64,000 bases of DNA from Hemiscyllium ocellatum (taxonomy: Eukaryota): the NCBI RefSeq assembly GCF_020745735.1, contig NC_083433.1, positions 12,659,363 to 12,723,362 on the forward strand, written 5' to 3'. A program made the position numbers and the translations under genes. Positions within the stretch are counted from its first letter, which is position 1. Each line of letters begins with the position of its first letter. The notes beneath the pieces are model-generated. The model was given only the letters and a program-made list of their open reading frames with translations. It made no database searches and was not told where the DNA came from. Below, piece by piece: positions 39,155 through 52,100 of this stretch.

Positions 39155-39164
39155 GGGAGGGGAG
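39124..39164. repeat. Poly-G tract (others at 11514-11537 as poly-C and 53513-53534)
   Basis: Homopolymer runs seen directly. Confidence 0.85.
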
Positions 39165-39951
39165 AGAAAAAAAAGGGGAATGTGAAAGCTACAACACCAC
39201 TCTGTTACAGCTAAAACGTTTGGGTTCTCTTTGCTACCAGAATCATGAGAGACATTATATTTGACTGACTTTGTCATGGGTGTATTTGTGGGATGGCACT
39301 AGATTGGAATTAGTGTATAAAAAGTTAAATAATCTATTTTACTGTTAAGTTACAAGTGAGAATCATTGTATTGAGTATTTTAAACTGTAGGGTAAGGGTA
39401 AAGCATGCTTTGCTTAAAAGAGATACCAAAGTCAGGTGCTAAGCAGAGACCAAATAAATGCTAATTATGTCTAGTACACATCCTGTGCACTATAGTCTTA
39501 TGTTAGAAGACTTTTTGATCTTTGCATCCTTGTTTACTATGATCTGCTTGTACAGCAGCAAGCTTTTCACCATCAGTATACAACAGTAAATCAAAGTGAA
39601 GCCCCTTTTTATGGGATGCAAGTTGTAATTTGATTCCCCCTACACCTTCCTTCAGGGGATTTCACTATTATGTACCATAAACCTTATTCCCATCAAGTCA
39701 GTACTTCCTAAAAAAAGGACAAAAACTCGTTCACCCTCTAAAATCAAGAGAGAATCCAGTGTGATGACTTAGATAAGTCACTGAATCATTTGACCAAGTC
39801 AAGCTTGGGGTTTAAGTAGCCAGGTGATCAAAATAGCAAGTGTTAGGCAAGGTCAACAGTTCTTTATTGAAGAGTGATCCAACACATTTCTAAATTCTAG
39901 GAGCAGCTTTGGAATGAAGCAGGTAGAGAGAGATTACTGTCAAAGGCCCCA

Positions 39952-42900
39952 CTAACTGCTGTCCTCCAGCGAGAGCCTGTCAAACAGGTACTCTCCCAGC
40001 CCATTCTCAGGAGCTCCCAGACGCTTCAGGTTGGTGATGTAGTCCCCAAGTCACTTGATGATCTCAACCTCCTCATCCAAATAGTGGGTCTCCAGGAAGT
40101 CACACAGCTGGAAGGAAGGTAGATGGTCAGATATTACAAGACAGTTCATTCTCCAGTACTCATGCTGTTTTCACCTCATGTCAAATTACATTCTGTTATT
40201 CCCAAGTTAGACCACTGAATGTGCTTGAGTTTGCAGGGAGGTGCGAGTGTTTAAAGGGGAAAATTTAAAAAGTGAATAGTGGTATGGTGCAAGGAATATT
40301 TGGACTGTAGTCACTAAGATAATGCTAATAGCAAAGTATAGTTAGGAAACATAGCAAGCTCCTATAGGAGAAGAGATGAGTTTGCCATGAAACAGGCTAG
40401 AACATTGCCCTCAGGAACCTGGCCATTACCCCTCAAAGGGAGAGCAATTCCTTCATGAGGAGCTGAGACAGGGGCAGGGTACTGTAGTACAACAGTCAGT
40501 GCATGGCTCTGGACTAGGGCTTGAATCTTCAAGCTGGAGCTCAAGAGAAGACTATTCTTTAGAGACAGCTATATAAAAGGAAATTGTATTTCATTTTAAT
40601 GTCAAGCAGTATTTCATATTGTTCATTTAGTATCCTTATTTACAAGGATACTAGAATGTAGTTATTCAGGACAAGACTGGTGGTTCTCTGATCTGTGGGT
40701 CTTTGCAGTGATTAGGCCAGTGAAGTGTTGCCCTAAGGGTCAGGCAGTGATGAGAATGAGGAGGTGGTGAAGCTTACATGAGGGTCAGTCTGGGCAGTGG
40801 CAAGTTGGTGTAGATCCAGCAAACTCTGGTTCACATTCTTCTCCAGATCCAGGGCAACCTGCATTGCCTGCAGACCGTTACCCCACTCATCCCTCTCTGG
40901 CTTCTGAAACATGGAAACAAAGGACAGTTAAGGATCAGAAGCAGACAGTGGGATGAAGCAGGTCATTTAGCCCATTTGTTCACATTAACCCTCCAGAGGG
41001 TCCCACACTGACCCAACCCATCAGAACAGTTAGAATTTGAAAGCAACCTGAAATAGCTGAAAGTTTACAGGATTCAGTGTGAACTCCCCATGAGAGAAAC
41101 TAGGAGTTCTTCTAGCAAGTTGCTTGGTACTGGGATATCAGTGAAGCACAAAGCCCAGGAAAGGTCAATGTGTTCTTTACCATGGGGTTATGGGACAGGT
41201 AAAAGAATTTGCATGTCAGGATGGATCTCAGACCCACAATGAGGTTGAGACACTTATCCACATGGTGTCAGAGCTGGAGTTGTGCAGTACATAGAACTTT
41301 TGGTCCAACTCATTCATGCCAACCAGATTAGGTAAGTTAGTCCAGTCCCATTTGTCCCTGAACTCACATACCCATCCAGATGCTTTCTAAGTATAGAATT
41401 AGACCTACATCCACTTCCTCAGGCAGCCCATTCCATATATGCACCACCCTCTGCATGAAAAAGTTGCCCCTTACCTTTCTTCTCACCCTACACTTACGCC
41501 CTCTAGTTCTGGACTCTCCTACCCTGGGGTAGGGTTGTCTAAATTTCTATGCCCCTCTGATTTTATAAGCCTGAAGGTCAACCTCAGCCTCTGATGCTGC
41601 AGAGAAGACACCAACCTCTTCCTAGAGGGAAGGCCTGGCTGAATTCCTAAATCTTTTAGGAACTCCAGTTTGAATGTCCTACTAGTGGAAAGGCGACCAG
41701 AATTGCCTACAATAGTTCAAAAGTGGCCTAACCACAACATGACCACCTGACTCCTAGATTTAGATTTAATGCTCTGACCAATAAAGGAAAGCATGCTAAA
41801 TACCTTCACTATCCTGAAGATCAGTACAGAGATCAGATAGATCATGAAACCTGAAAAAACCTTTCCCTTCAGGATGTAAAATTCCTGTCACTGGCTTGAA
41901 CCCACATCACAAGAGCAGCCATTTCCTTCCCTGTGTCTGCCCCCCACCCCCACCATTCCCACCTTCACATCCTGGAGGAGGACTCTGCCCCCACGCCGAT
42001 TCTGGAATTTCAGCAGCTTCTCTGCATGTTCCTGCTTCTCCTGGGACTGAGCTTTGAAGAACTGGGAGAAATGGTGCAGGGCAACATCCTGGTCAAAGTA
42101 CGACATCTGAAAGAACCATTTACATCCCATTAGCTCACTGGACCCAATTCTAGTTCACAACTGGAACCAACCCTTTCCTAGCTCTGCCTGGGCCAGTGAA
42201 TTACTCTAACAAGTCAATACCCACTTTCCTCAGATTGGAGAACATGATCTTGGACGATTTCAAAAATGGGAATATTCACCCAGGAGAGTCTATTCAACTG
42301 CCTGAGAATTTAAACAGTAATGAGAGTCTGGTCAATTAGAGCAAGATTAATCTTGCAGCATTTAATGGTGGCAGGATGGGTGAGAATGAACAACATTAAC
42401 CAGAGATACAACTGGCCAGTACAACACTGGAAGCTTCAATAATTGACTTTTTCAGTATCAGATACTAAAGCTTAGGTACATCGCTACTAGACCATTAGGA
42501 CTAGAGGAAAGGAAGTGCAAAAAATTCCTTCAATTCAAAAAGATTGAAAGGAAGCACTTTTTGCACAGACTTTAGATTAGCAATAAATTTAGAGATACAC
42601 ATGTTCAAGTGATAGAAAGCTGTAAAGTTAGAAACTCGAGATACTGTTTTTACATAGTTTGTCCAATAGGTGTCTCCATTCTCAACATGGATTGCCCAAC
42701 TCCCACTGAACTCGAGATGATCATGTGACCATCTTGAAGATGAATCCATTCTCTTGATATGTCTGGACAAAGACTAATGACAGCATTTTCCATCTAGGAC
42801 TCACCGACATCCTATCCAACTACAGAGGGGACATTATGCCAATAAATGGGTTAAGATAGCTACAGAACAACCTGCCAAGTCTTGAGAGAACAAAAAGTTA

Positions 42901-44098
42901 TGGTTTATAGTACAGAAGGATACTATTCAACCCATCACATCAGTCCTGTCTCAAAACAGGAAGTTACATTACCTGCACTTTTCTCCCATAAATCAAGTTA
43001 CTTCATTAATCACTCAAGTTGCCTTTTCATGGGCCACTTGAAAACTTTCCAAACAAGATGCTATTTTTGCTGAAAATAGCTCAGATCCTCATTTGGAATG
43101 AATGCACCCTTTTCAGAAATTGGGAAGCCAGGCAATCCCATGACCACAAGTCCCAAAGCTAGGATTATAGTTGATACCCAGGTCAATGTGCTCCTGGATA
43201 CAGAAGCACAAGTTTCCCATGTTTCAGAAGTTACTCTTCCTCAGTTCATACATGTGAACCTTTGAGCTATCTAGTATTTCCTCAGCTTTGGAAACCCAGA
43301 TTGTGGAATGAACATTAGTTATAGCAAGCTTTAGAAAATACTAGAGTAGGTTGTCTTCATTTGTTTTGTCATTTTCAGCTCAAAAAACAAATGAAGTGCA
43401 AACTGAAGAGGTCTGTTGTGTATACAGGAGAGAGACACAGTAGAAGACAACAGGTATACAAGTTTTTCCAATTTCCACCACCAGAAATAAAACATCCAAA
43501 TGGCCAGTCCTACAGGGTCTGGCCAGCAGGTTATTCCAATATTCAAGTCAGTCACCTATGCAGATATTCAAATGCTTCTTAGTGTAGAGCTCAAGTTCAT
43601 AAGATGAAGGAACTGAAGTAGGCCATTTGGCCCATCACATCTGCTTCACCAGTCAAGGCTGATATGCTCCTCAGCTTTTACCTGCTTTCTTTTCACATCC
43701 TTCAACCAGTTATTAATTAAGAGTTATTTAAAAAACTTCTCAAAGTTGAAACATGGATTTGTTTTCTACCTGCCATTCCCACAACAGCTCAAAAGTCACT
43801 TATGGCAAGTGACATTTCCTTCATAAAATAGATCTTTATATATACACACACAAAGAAATTCAGTTCAGTAGCCACAGATCAAACCCAATCATTGAACTTA
43901 GACCATCCAAAACAAAACCAAAAAAGATCTTGACAAAAGTAATGTTTACATACATCTAACTGCATCAAGTCACTTTAAAAAACAGACAACACTTACCAAA
44001 GACTGATAGAGATAGGAGGCAGTGAGCTCCAGGTTAATCTGCTTGTTGACAGCAGCTTCACAATCCTGGTGATAGTTTTGACAAACCTGGGAGGCCAT
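39952..44098 (-). pseudogene. Ferritin copy 5, nonsense-truncated (142 aa); exons 43997..44098, 41963..42106, 40778..40903, 39952..40107
   Basis: Plus strand reads tca at 40051-40053 where paralogs read tcg, so CGA becomes TGA in exon 4. Exon 2 has a 3-nt deletion (DQD-VAL). Splice sites and promoter remain intact. Confidence 0.88.
41285..41815 (-). mobile_element. CR1 3' fragment in intron 2 of copy 5
   Basis: Similar to 3470-4080. Confidence 0.65.
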
Positions 44099-44205
44099 TT
44101 TATCAATAGAGACTTCACCAAATTACCACCAGCAAACCACAATAACTAGCACCCACTAAAGCTTAACACCAACTATATGCAATCCCCTACTGCCCTTAAA
44201 CTTGA

Positions 44206-44391
44206 ATTTATACCCCTGGTATTAAGCACAAATTCAATGACATCATCAGTGATGGCCAATTACCCTTGTTCATTAATCAATCAGCTGCCATGTCCAATCA
44301 GATTCCAAGCAGCATGGGATGAGTTTTGAACCCACCACCAATCAGAATCACCAACTCCTTGATGAGGAATAGCCAATTGACCTTTGATCTC
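44206..44391 (-). promoter_or_regulatory. Ferritin copy 5 proximal promoter
   Basis: TATAAA, TGACATCA, multiple CCAAT boxes and DR1-like TGACCTTTGATCT. Confidence 0.7.
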
Positions 44392-44399
44392 TTTCTCAT

Positions 44400-44882
44400 G
44401 TGCATCTCCTCTGTTTTTGGTTGCACTTTAGCCCCATGCTCCTGATCTTTGGGCATGGCGTAGGGATGGGAGGGTAGGTCAGAGGATCTCCTCGTGGGTC
44501 TGCTCCAGGGCATGGCCAAACTGGCCATAAACAGGTCCAGGCAGTGGGCCATGGAGAGGGTGGTTATGGCTGATTGCCTGCCCCTCTTCCGCGGGTATGT
44601 CAGAGCCCGGGTATCCCTGGAGAAGGAGCACACGGTGTCTACCAACACCCTTGAGAATTTAAGGGAGAGGTGGTGCACCACAGGGAGTGCTTTACTAACC
44701 CCTCTAACTCTATTTTGATTTAATCCCTGCCCTCCCTTTCACTGTTTGATCACGCAGCATTGACCTTTGATGTGAAGGGTGTTTCTTTTCTTCCTGGTGG
44801 TGGAAACTGAATAAAGATTTGTGCACCTTGTGTCTTTCACTGTGTCTCACACCCGCACACACACAACAAACAAAAATAAAAT
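44400..44882 (+). mobile_element. 3' fragment of a second Tx1-like LINE upstream of copy 5
   Basis: ORF2 C-terminus-like LLQGMAKLAINRSR...YVRARVSLEKEH; AATAAA; A-rich tail. Confidence 0.7.
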
Positions 44883-45957
44883 CAAGTGCAAACTGTGAAA
44901 ATGTCTGAACTGAAAATGACAGTAAAATATACTCTAAGACAAAATATACTCTACATCAAGCCCAGCATAGAGGTGATCGAGCTCTCGTGGGGGGTGTAAG
45001 CCCAGCACAGCTAAACACTTAAGAAGGACTGTAATGTTGAACTTTTAACTTTATTTTTTTATTTTTCTGCGCTGTACCTAAGAACATTTGTAGCTAAGAT
45101 GGTGCTGGGAATGGCAACATTGTACTCCTGTATTCCTGTACTGGAATACACGTGACAATAATCATAGAATCCCTACTGTGTGCAAACAGGCCATTCAGCC
45201 CAACAAGTCCACACTGACCCTCCGAAGAACTGAACACTACAGGGTAATTTAACATCACCAATCCACCTAAACTGCACATATTTGGAGAGAGGGAAAGATG
45301 TTTACACTGGGATTGGCAAATCCCTTTGAGATTCAGATTTCCAAAGCCTTTCCCCATTTAGAAAATAATCTATGCTGTTATTCTTCCTACCAGAGTGCAT
45401 AACCTCCCATGTTCCCACGCTGTATTCCATCTATCTCTATTTTTCCACTCTCCCAGACTGTCCAAGTCCTTCTGCAGGCTCCCCACTTCCTCAACACTAC
45501 CCATTCCTCCACTAACTTTATGACATGTTCAAACTTAATAACAATGTCCTCAGTTTCTTCATCCAGATCGTTAATGTATAACATGAACTACTGTGGTCGC
45601 AATACTAACCCCTGCAGAACTCCACTAATGCCATCCTGAAAAAAAGCCTTCTGTCCTGTGATGATACTATGGCTTTAGGAAGTGTATTCTGTTCTCTTTT
45701 TTTCAAAGCAGCCATTTTGAGCTGAGCTGTCTCTTACAAGCCGAAAAAGTAAACAGCTTGTGAGGCTTCGGGTTTTTTTCAAAGCTGTAACAATAGAAGC
45801 AGCCTGACTGGGTGGAGTCAGGTTCCTACAGAACCAGGGCTTTAGTTTCGCTTTCAGCAGTTGTTGGGGGTTTTGAAGTTGGACATGGAAGCTGTTATAG
45901 CTAAAGACTTGGGTTCTCTCTCTGCTGCTAAAATCACATCTGAGACAATCTGCTTGA

Positions 45958-47372
45958 CTGTCTGTTCCCTCTCTCACTACCTCGCAATGCCTATTCCACC
46001 CCCCCGACCACCTTGTGCTGCCTGTTCCCTCTCTCACTGCCTCGCAAGGCCTGTTCCCTCCCTTATTCCTGATGAAGGGCTTATGCTTGAAACGTCGAAT
46101 TCTGTATTCCTGAGATGCTGCCTGGCCTGCTGTGCTTTGACCAGCAACACATTTACAGCTGTTCCCTCTCTGACTACCTGGTGTTGCCTGTTCCCTGTCT
46201 CACTGCCTCAAGATGCCTGTTCCCTGTCTCACTGTCTCGTGATGTCTGTTCCCTCCCTGACCACCTTGTGATGCCTGTTCCCTATCTGACCACCTTGTGC
46301 TGCCTGTTCCCTGTCTCACTGCTTCGTGATGCCTGTTCCCTGTCTCACTACCTCATGATGCCTGTTCCCTCCCTCACTGCCTTGTGTTGCCTATTCCCTC
46401 CCTGACCACCTTGTGCTGCCTGTTCCCTTTCTCACTGCCTTGTGCTGCCTGTTCCCTCCCTGACCACCTTGTGATGCCTGTTCCCTCCCTGACCACCTTG
46501 TGCTGCCTGTTCCCTCCCTGACCACCTTGTGATGCCTGTTCCCTGCCTCACTGCCTTGTGATGCCTGTTCCCTCCCTGACCACCTGTGATGCCTGTTCCC
46601 TTTCTCACTGCCTTGTGCTGCCTGTTCCCTCCCTGACCACCTTGTGATGCCTGTTCCCTCTCTGACCACCTTGTGCTGCCTGTTCCCTGCCTCACTGCCT
46701 CACGATGCCTGTTCCCTCCCTGACCACCTTGTGATGCCTGTTCCCTCCCTGACCACCTTGTGCTGCCTGTTCCCTGCCTCACTGCCTCGCAATGCCTGTT
46801 CCCTCCCTGACCACCTTGTGTTGCCTGTTCCCTATCTGGGCAGAGTGAGTACCAGTTCAGTCAGTCGAAGGAGGGTGTCAGTGGAAGAGTACTGGTTGGT
46901 ACAGCCGGAAAGGAAGAAGAGTTCCCTATCTGACCACCTTGTGCTGCCTGTTCCCTCTCTCACTGCCTCGCAATGCCTGTTCCCTCCCTGACCACCTTGT
47001 GAAGCCTGTTCCCTGCCTCACTGCCTCGCGATGCCTGTTCCCTATCTGACCACCTATGCTGCCTGTTCCCTCTCTCACTGTCTTGTGCTGCCTGTTCCCT
47101 CCTTGACCACCTTGTGATGCCTGTTCCCTCCTTGACCACCTTGTGCTGCCTGTTCCCTCCCTGACCACCTTGTGCTGCCTGTTCCCTATCTGACCACCTT
47201 GTGCTTCCTGTTACCGCCCTCACCATCTTGTGCTGCCTGTTCCCTGTCTCCCTGCCTTGTGCTGCCTGTTCCCTCCTTGACCACCTTGTGCTGCCTGTTC
47301 CCTATCTGACCACCTTGTGCTGCCTGTTCCCTGCCTCACTGCCTCGTGATGCCTGTTCCCTATCTGACCACC
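45958..47372. repeat. 29-bp minisatellite, two unit variants
   Basis: Units tgcctgttccctccctgaccaccttgtg(c/a) and tgcctgttccctg(t/c)ctcactgcctcgtga, roughly 40 copies, with two interruptions. Confidence 0.9.
46065..46100 (+). ncRNA. Minimal type I hammerhead ribozyme motif (Penelope-derived)
   Basis: attc-CTGATGA-a-gggc ttat gctt-GAAA-cg-TC-gaat: core boxes intact, stem I attc/gaat, stem II with wobble pairs. Confidence 0.7.
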
Positions 47373-49136
47373 CTAAGCTGCCAGTGCCCTCTCTCTGTGT
47401 TGCAACTCCACTGACATCCAGTGTCTTAGTAAAGTGTTTTGCTTAAAGATAAGTAGGGTAAGCATTTGAATTACATCTGGAACACAGCACCTTACACTTA
47501 GAGTCATAGAGATGTACAGCACGGATACAGACCCTTCGGCCCAACTCGTCCATGCCGATCAGATATCCCAACCTAACCTAGTCCCATTTGCCAGCACTTG
47601 GCCCGTATCTTTCTAAACCCTTCCTATTCATATACCCATCCAGGTGTCTTCTAAATGTTTGATGAAGCAGCTGATGGTAGTTGCGCCAAAGGCTCTACCC
47701 TGAGAAACTTCTCCAGAGATCACCTGGAACTGAGGTGATGGACCTCCAACAACCACTAACACCTTATTTTGTGTCAGGCGTGACTCCAACATGTAGAGAG
47801 TTTTACCCCGATTCCCTTTGACTCCAGTTTTGTTAGGGCTTCATACTTGGTCAAATGTGACTGACTGCACAATCTTTACAAGCTTGCCTTTAAATTAGAT
47901 AAAAGTGAAGGTCTAGGCTATCTCCTAGATATATTTGAAGGGGATTTTGTCTGGTTTGTAACAACCCTTACTGCCTGCGTTCAGTCATCCAATCTTCCAT
48001 CCAGTACCTTGCCCCTAACACAATGGGCTCTTATCTTTTTTAGCAACCTCCTGTGCAGCAGCTTGACAAAAACCTTCTGGAAATCCAAGGCGATTGCATC
48101 CACTGGTTCTCCTCTTTCCAGCTTGCTCATTACCCCAGCAAAGAATTTGAACAGATTTGAACATGACCTTCCCTTGATGAAACCCCATGCTGACTCAGCC
48201 CTACTTTGATCACACAGTTTGAGGAACTCTGCAATCTCATCCTTAATAATGGACTCCAAATTCTTGCCAATGACAGACATCAGGCTAAGTATCTATAATT
48301 TCCATCTTCTGCCTCCTTCCTTTCTTAAACAGAAGTGTAACATGCACCACTTCCAGAACCTCGTCAGAGTCCAGTGATTCCTGAAAAATCACCAGCAATG
48401 CATTTACAATCTCCTCAGCCATCTCCTTCAGAGCGCTGAGGTGTAGTCCACCTGGGAGAAACTGCAGATGCTGGAGATCAGAGTCGAAGAGTGTGGTGCT
48501 GGAAAAGCACAGCAGGTCAGGCAGCATCCGAGGAGCAGGAGAGTCGACATGATGAAGGGCTTATGCCTGAAACGTCGACTCTCCTGCTCCTTGGATGCTG
48601 CCTGACTGGCTGTACTTTTCCAGCACCTCACACTCTTCGACATGTGTAGTCCACCTGGTCCAGATGATTTATCCACCTTTAGACCTTTCAGCCTCCCCGG
48701 TACATTTGCCTCAGTGATGGCCACTGCGCTCACCTCTGCCCCCGACTCTCTTGAAGCTCTGGTGCCTTCCACTGTGAAAACTGATGCAAAGTACCTGTTC
48801 AGTTCCTCCACCATCTTTGTTCCCTTTCCCTACTTTCCCAGCTGTCTAATGTCCACTCTTCCCTCTGTCTTACCTTGTAGATATGTAAAAATACTCTTAC
48901 AATCCTGTTTTATATTACTAGTTAGCTTACCCTCACCTTAATCTTCCAGCCACTCTTGCTTTTCCAGTTACCCTCTGCTGGTTTTCTCAATCCTCTGACT
49001 TCCCACTATTCCTCACCACATTGTATGCTTTTTCTTTCGCTTGTTCGCTGTCTCTGACTTTCCTTGTCATCCATGTTTGCCTCATCCTCCCTGAATATAT
49101 TTCTTCTTCTTTGAGATGACTTTTTGCTTTGCCTCC

Positions 49137-52100
49137 TGTTATGGACTAGGCCAGACCCCTCCAAACAATCTTAAATAGGCAGCCCCAGACCGTAACTTTG
49201 CAATTTGTTTTAGTAAGTACAGTGAAAAGTAAGTTAGGAGTAAGTTAGCTAGGTTGACTACTAGATTTTACAACAGACAAAAAATTTATTCACACAATTA
49301 TGGAATGAAACACAAAGAACAGAATAAAGAACCCCTACAGAACTCCGACAATCCTAAACTAACTTCATTATGCTGTTCCAAATATGCACAACAGTCCCAA
49401 TAAACAAACCTCCTTAACAACAGAGTAACAATGACACTGTTGTGGAAATTAATTTGACTTGACTCAAATGCTAGCAAGAGCAAAGAAAAAGTTTATTTTT
49501 AACCTCTGCAGGGGAACCCATTACATTGGCAAGATGCCTCATGTAGGAGACTCCTGATAGCATTCACATATTCTCTTTATACTACAATGCTCTTCTCCTT
49601 ATCAACACCTCAAGGCTAGGGGCCTGGAACATTTGAGTTCCTTTCCAAATATGGTGTTGTTTTTCTCATGATATGGTAGTTTACTGGCCTTGTATGTCCA
49701 GGTAGGCTGGTTTAACTTTACATTTTTTCTGTCTGTCTGCAATACTTTGTAAAGTCGGGCCCTAACTTCTTTGTTTTCCTTTGCTTTTATAGATTTCACA
49801 AAGGCTTACAGGTTGAAGTTAGGAGGGCAGAGGGAGAGAGAGTTTAGCAACTTGTTTCCTCATAACCCACAGCTAAACTGACTCAATCTTAACTTCTGAA
49901 CTGAACTGCTCAGCTAGAGAGCTGGCCATGCCCCCTTGACTTATACAGGTTACCTTTAAAAACAGAGTAAAAAATGAGGTCTGCAGATGCTGGAGATCAC
50001 AGCTGAAAATGTGTTGCTGGTTAAAGCATAGCAGGTTAGGCAGCATCTCAGGAATAGGGAATTCGACATTTCGAGCATAAGCCCTTCATCAGGAACATAA
50101 AAGATTTGGCCTCATCGTATAAAACAAAAGGCCTTTCATCTCTGTACCACACCAGTGAGTTCAGAGCCTCAGCGGTTTATAACCCCTCTGAAAAAAAAAC
50201 AAGGATGCAGTATCCTTGAGAGAAGGAACAGCTTTTAGAAAAAAGGGACCAGCTTTGTGACACCTCCGTCCTCAAAAAAATCAACCATCAATTTCAAAAG
50301 ATTGCTTCATTTTCAAAATCCTTCAAAAAAACTGGTTAGTAGTCTAAAACACACATATACAGCACAGTAACTACACACATGCAAACATGCACAATCGCAT
50401 GTGAATTCAGGCTGTGGTTTACCCAGCACCGAACGCCTCCCTTTCTCATTCCGGTCTCGATAACGCATCGGTAATCACATTTTCACGACCTGCCACCTGC
50501 ACAATTGTCACATTGAATGGCTCTAACAACAAGCTCCATCTAAACAGGCTGGCATTTTTGACCTTAAATTTCTCTACAAATGTCAATGGGTTATGATCAG
50601 TGTATACGATTGTCTCAGATGCATTGCTGGTAATATAAACTCGGAAATGTTGGAATGCCAACACCAAGCTCAAAGTCTCTTTCTCCAGCGTTGAATATTT
50701 CTGTTGATGAATGTTCAACTTCCTAGAAAAATACCCAATGGGTCTGTCTCTTCCCTCGTCACCCTCCTGCAGGAGCACCGCACCGACACCCACATCACTG
50801 GCATCGATAGCCAACTTGAAAGGCATTATGTAATCCGCTGTGGCTAATACTGGGGCAGTGGTTCACACAGTTTTTAGGCTGTTAGTCCACTGTCCACTGA
50901 AACGTCTGGCCCTTTTTTAACAATTTGGTGAGTGGAGCAGCCACATTGCTAAAGTTCGGCACAAACTTTCAGTAAAACACACTCAATCCCATGAACCGTA
51001 GTACTGCCTTTTTCGTCAAGGTGTGGGAAATTTCCCAATTATATTTGTTTTCACACTGTGAGGCCATTTGTCCATGTCCAATAACATGGCCCAGGAAGGT
51101 GACTTGGGCTTTGGCAAGTTCACTTTTAGCTAGGTTTGTCACCAAGCCTGCCTTCCAATGTTAATCGATCAAGTCCAATAAATGCTGTAAATGTTCCTTC
51201 CATGAGTGACTAAAAAAATCACCAGGTCATCAATATACACCAGACAGTTGGGTAACCCAGCAATGACCTTATTATTCAGTCTCTGAAATGTGGCTGGAGT
51301 GTTTTTCATATCAAATGACATTGATATTGCCCATTTGGCATTACGAAAGCCGAAATTGCCTTTGCTCTCTCCGATAGAGGGACTTGCCAGCAGCCTCTGA
51401 GCAAGTCCAACTTAGAAATGTAAGTTACTTGTCCCATCTTTTTGAAACAGTCCTCCAACTATGGAATTGGATATGCATCAGTCTTTGTAACAGCGTTGAC
51501 TTTGCAATAGTCCACACATAACCATTGGCCCTGGCACCGTGACTATGGGTGAGCTCCAGTCACTGTAACTCACTTTGATTATGCCATCTTGGAGTATGCG
51601 CATTATCTCCTTCTGAACCTGTGCCAACTTTAGAGGATTATGGCTATAAGGATGTTATCAATAACTTATCTAATGTTAATAACTTAATTTCTCCACCTTC
51701 AATTTTAACAGTCCTCTTACATCATGCCCCCAAATTAATGCAAATGAACTGAATTTGGTGGATTCATTCAGCGCACCTCTGATTGCAAACATTATAAATG
51801 GAACTCCCTTATCCCAATCATCTGGTTAATCCTGTCCATAAACCCTCAACATGACCTTTAATGTTTGATCACACTAGTGCTCCGTGATTCTGGATGGCAC
51901 ACAGTAGATTTGAATTCTTTTATCCCCTAACTCAAAAGATGTGCAGGTTAGGTGAATTGGCTATGCTAAATTGCCTGTAGTGTTCAGGGATGCATAGGTT
52001 AGGTGCATTAGTCAGGGGAAAATGGAGGATAATAGGGTAGGGTGAAATGGGTCTGGGTTCATTACTCTGGAACCCAGGTGGAGGGTTAGTCTGGAATTGT

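Larger units (their letters stand above)
45657..47963 (+). mobile_element. Solo LTR-like element (TG...CA) of the same group, expanded by a minisatellite and nested in a CR1
   Basis: Ends ...gtctggtttgtaaca; 5' part similar to the LTR fragment at ~27960-28440; CR1 sequence resumes on both sides. Confidence 0.55.
45310..49136 (-). mobile_element. CR1 LINE fragment split by LTR and Penelope insertions
   Basis: LYINDLDE, GFIKGRSC...DAIALDFQK, LNRYFASVFT motifs. Confidence 0.7.

Noticed and set aside
39124-39164. Poly-G tracts as functional G-quadruplexes
   Set aside because: Not conserved between paralogous units, and homopolymer lengths may be unreliable.
40700-40800. RTGATGA box C-like motif in the conserved intron 3 flank (possible snoRNA)
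   Set aside because: It lies antisense to the host gene, with no suitably placed box D or terminal stem.
45958-47372. Regular repeat array resembling CRISPR; repetitive ORFs on both strands
   Set aside because: Contiguous tandem units without unique spacers, no cas genes and a eukaryotic context; the ORFs are by-products of a stop-poor minisatellite.
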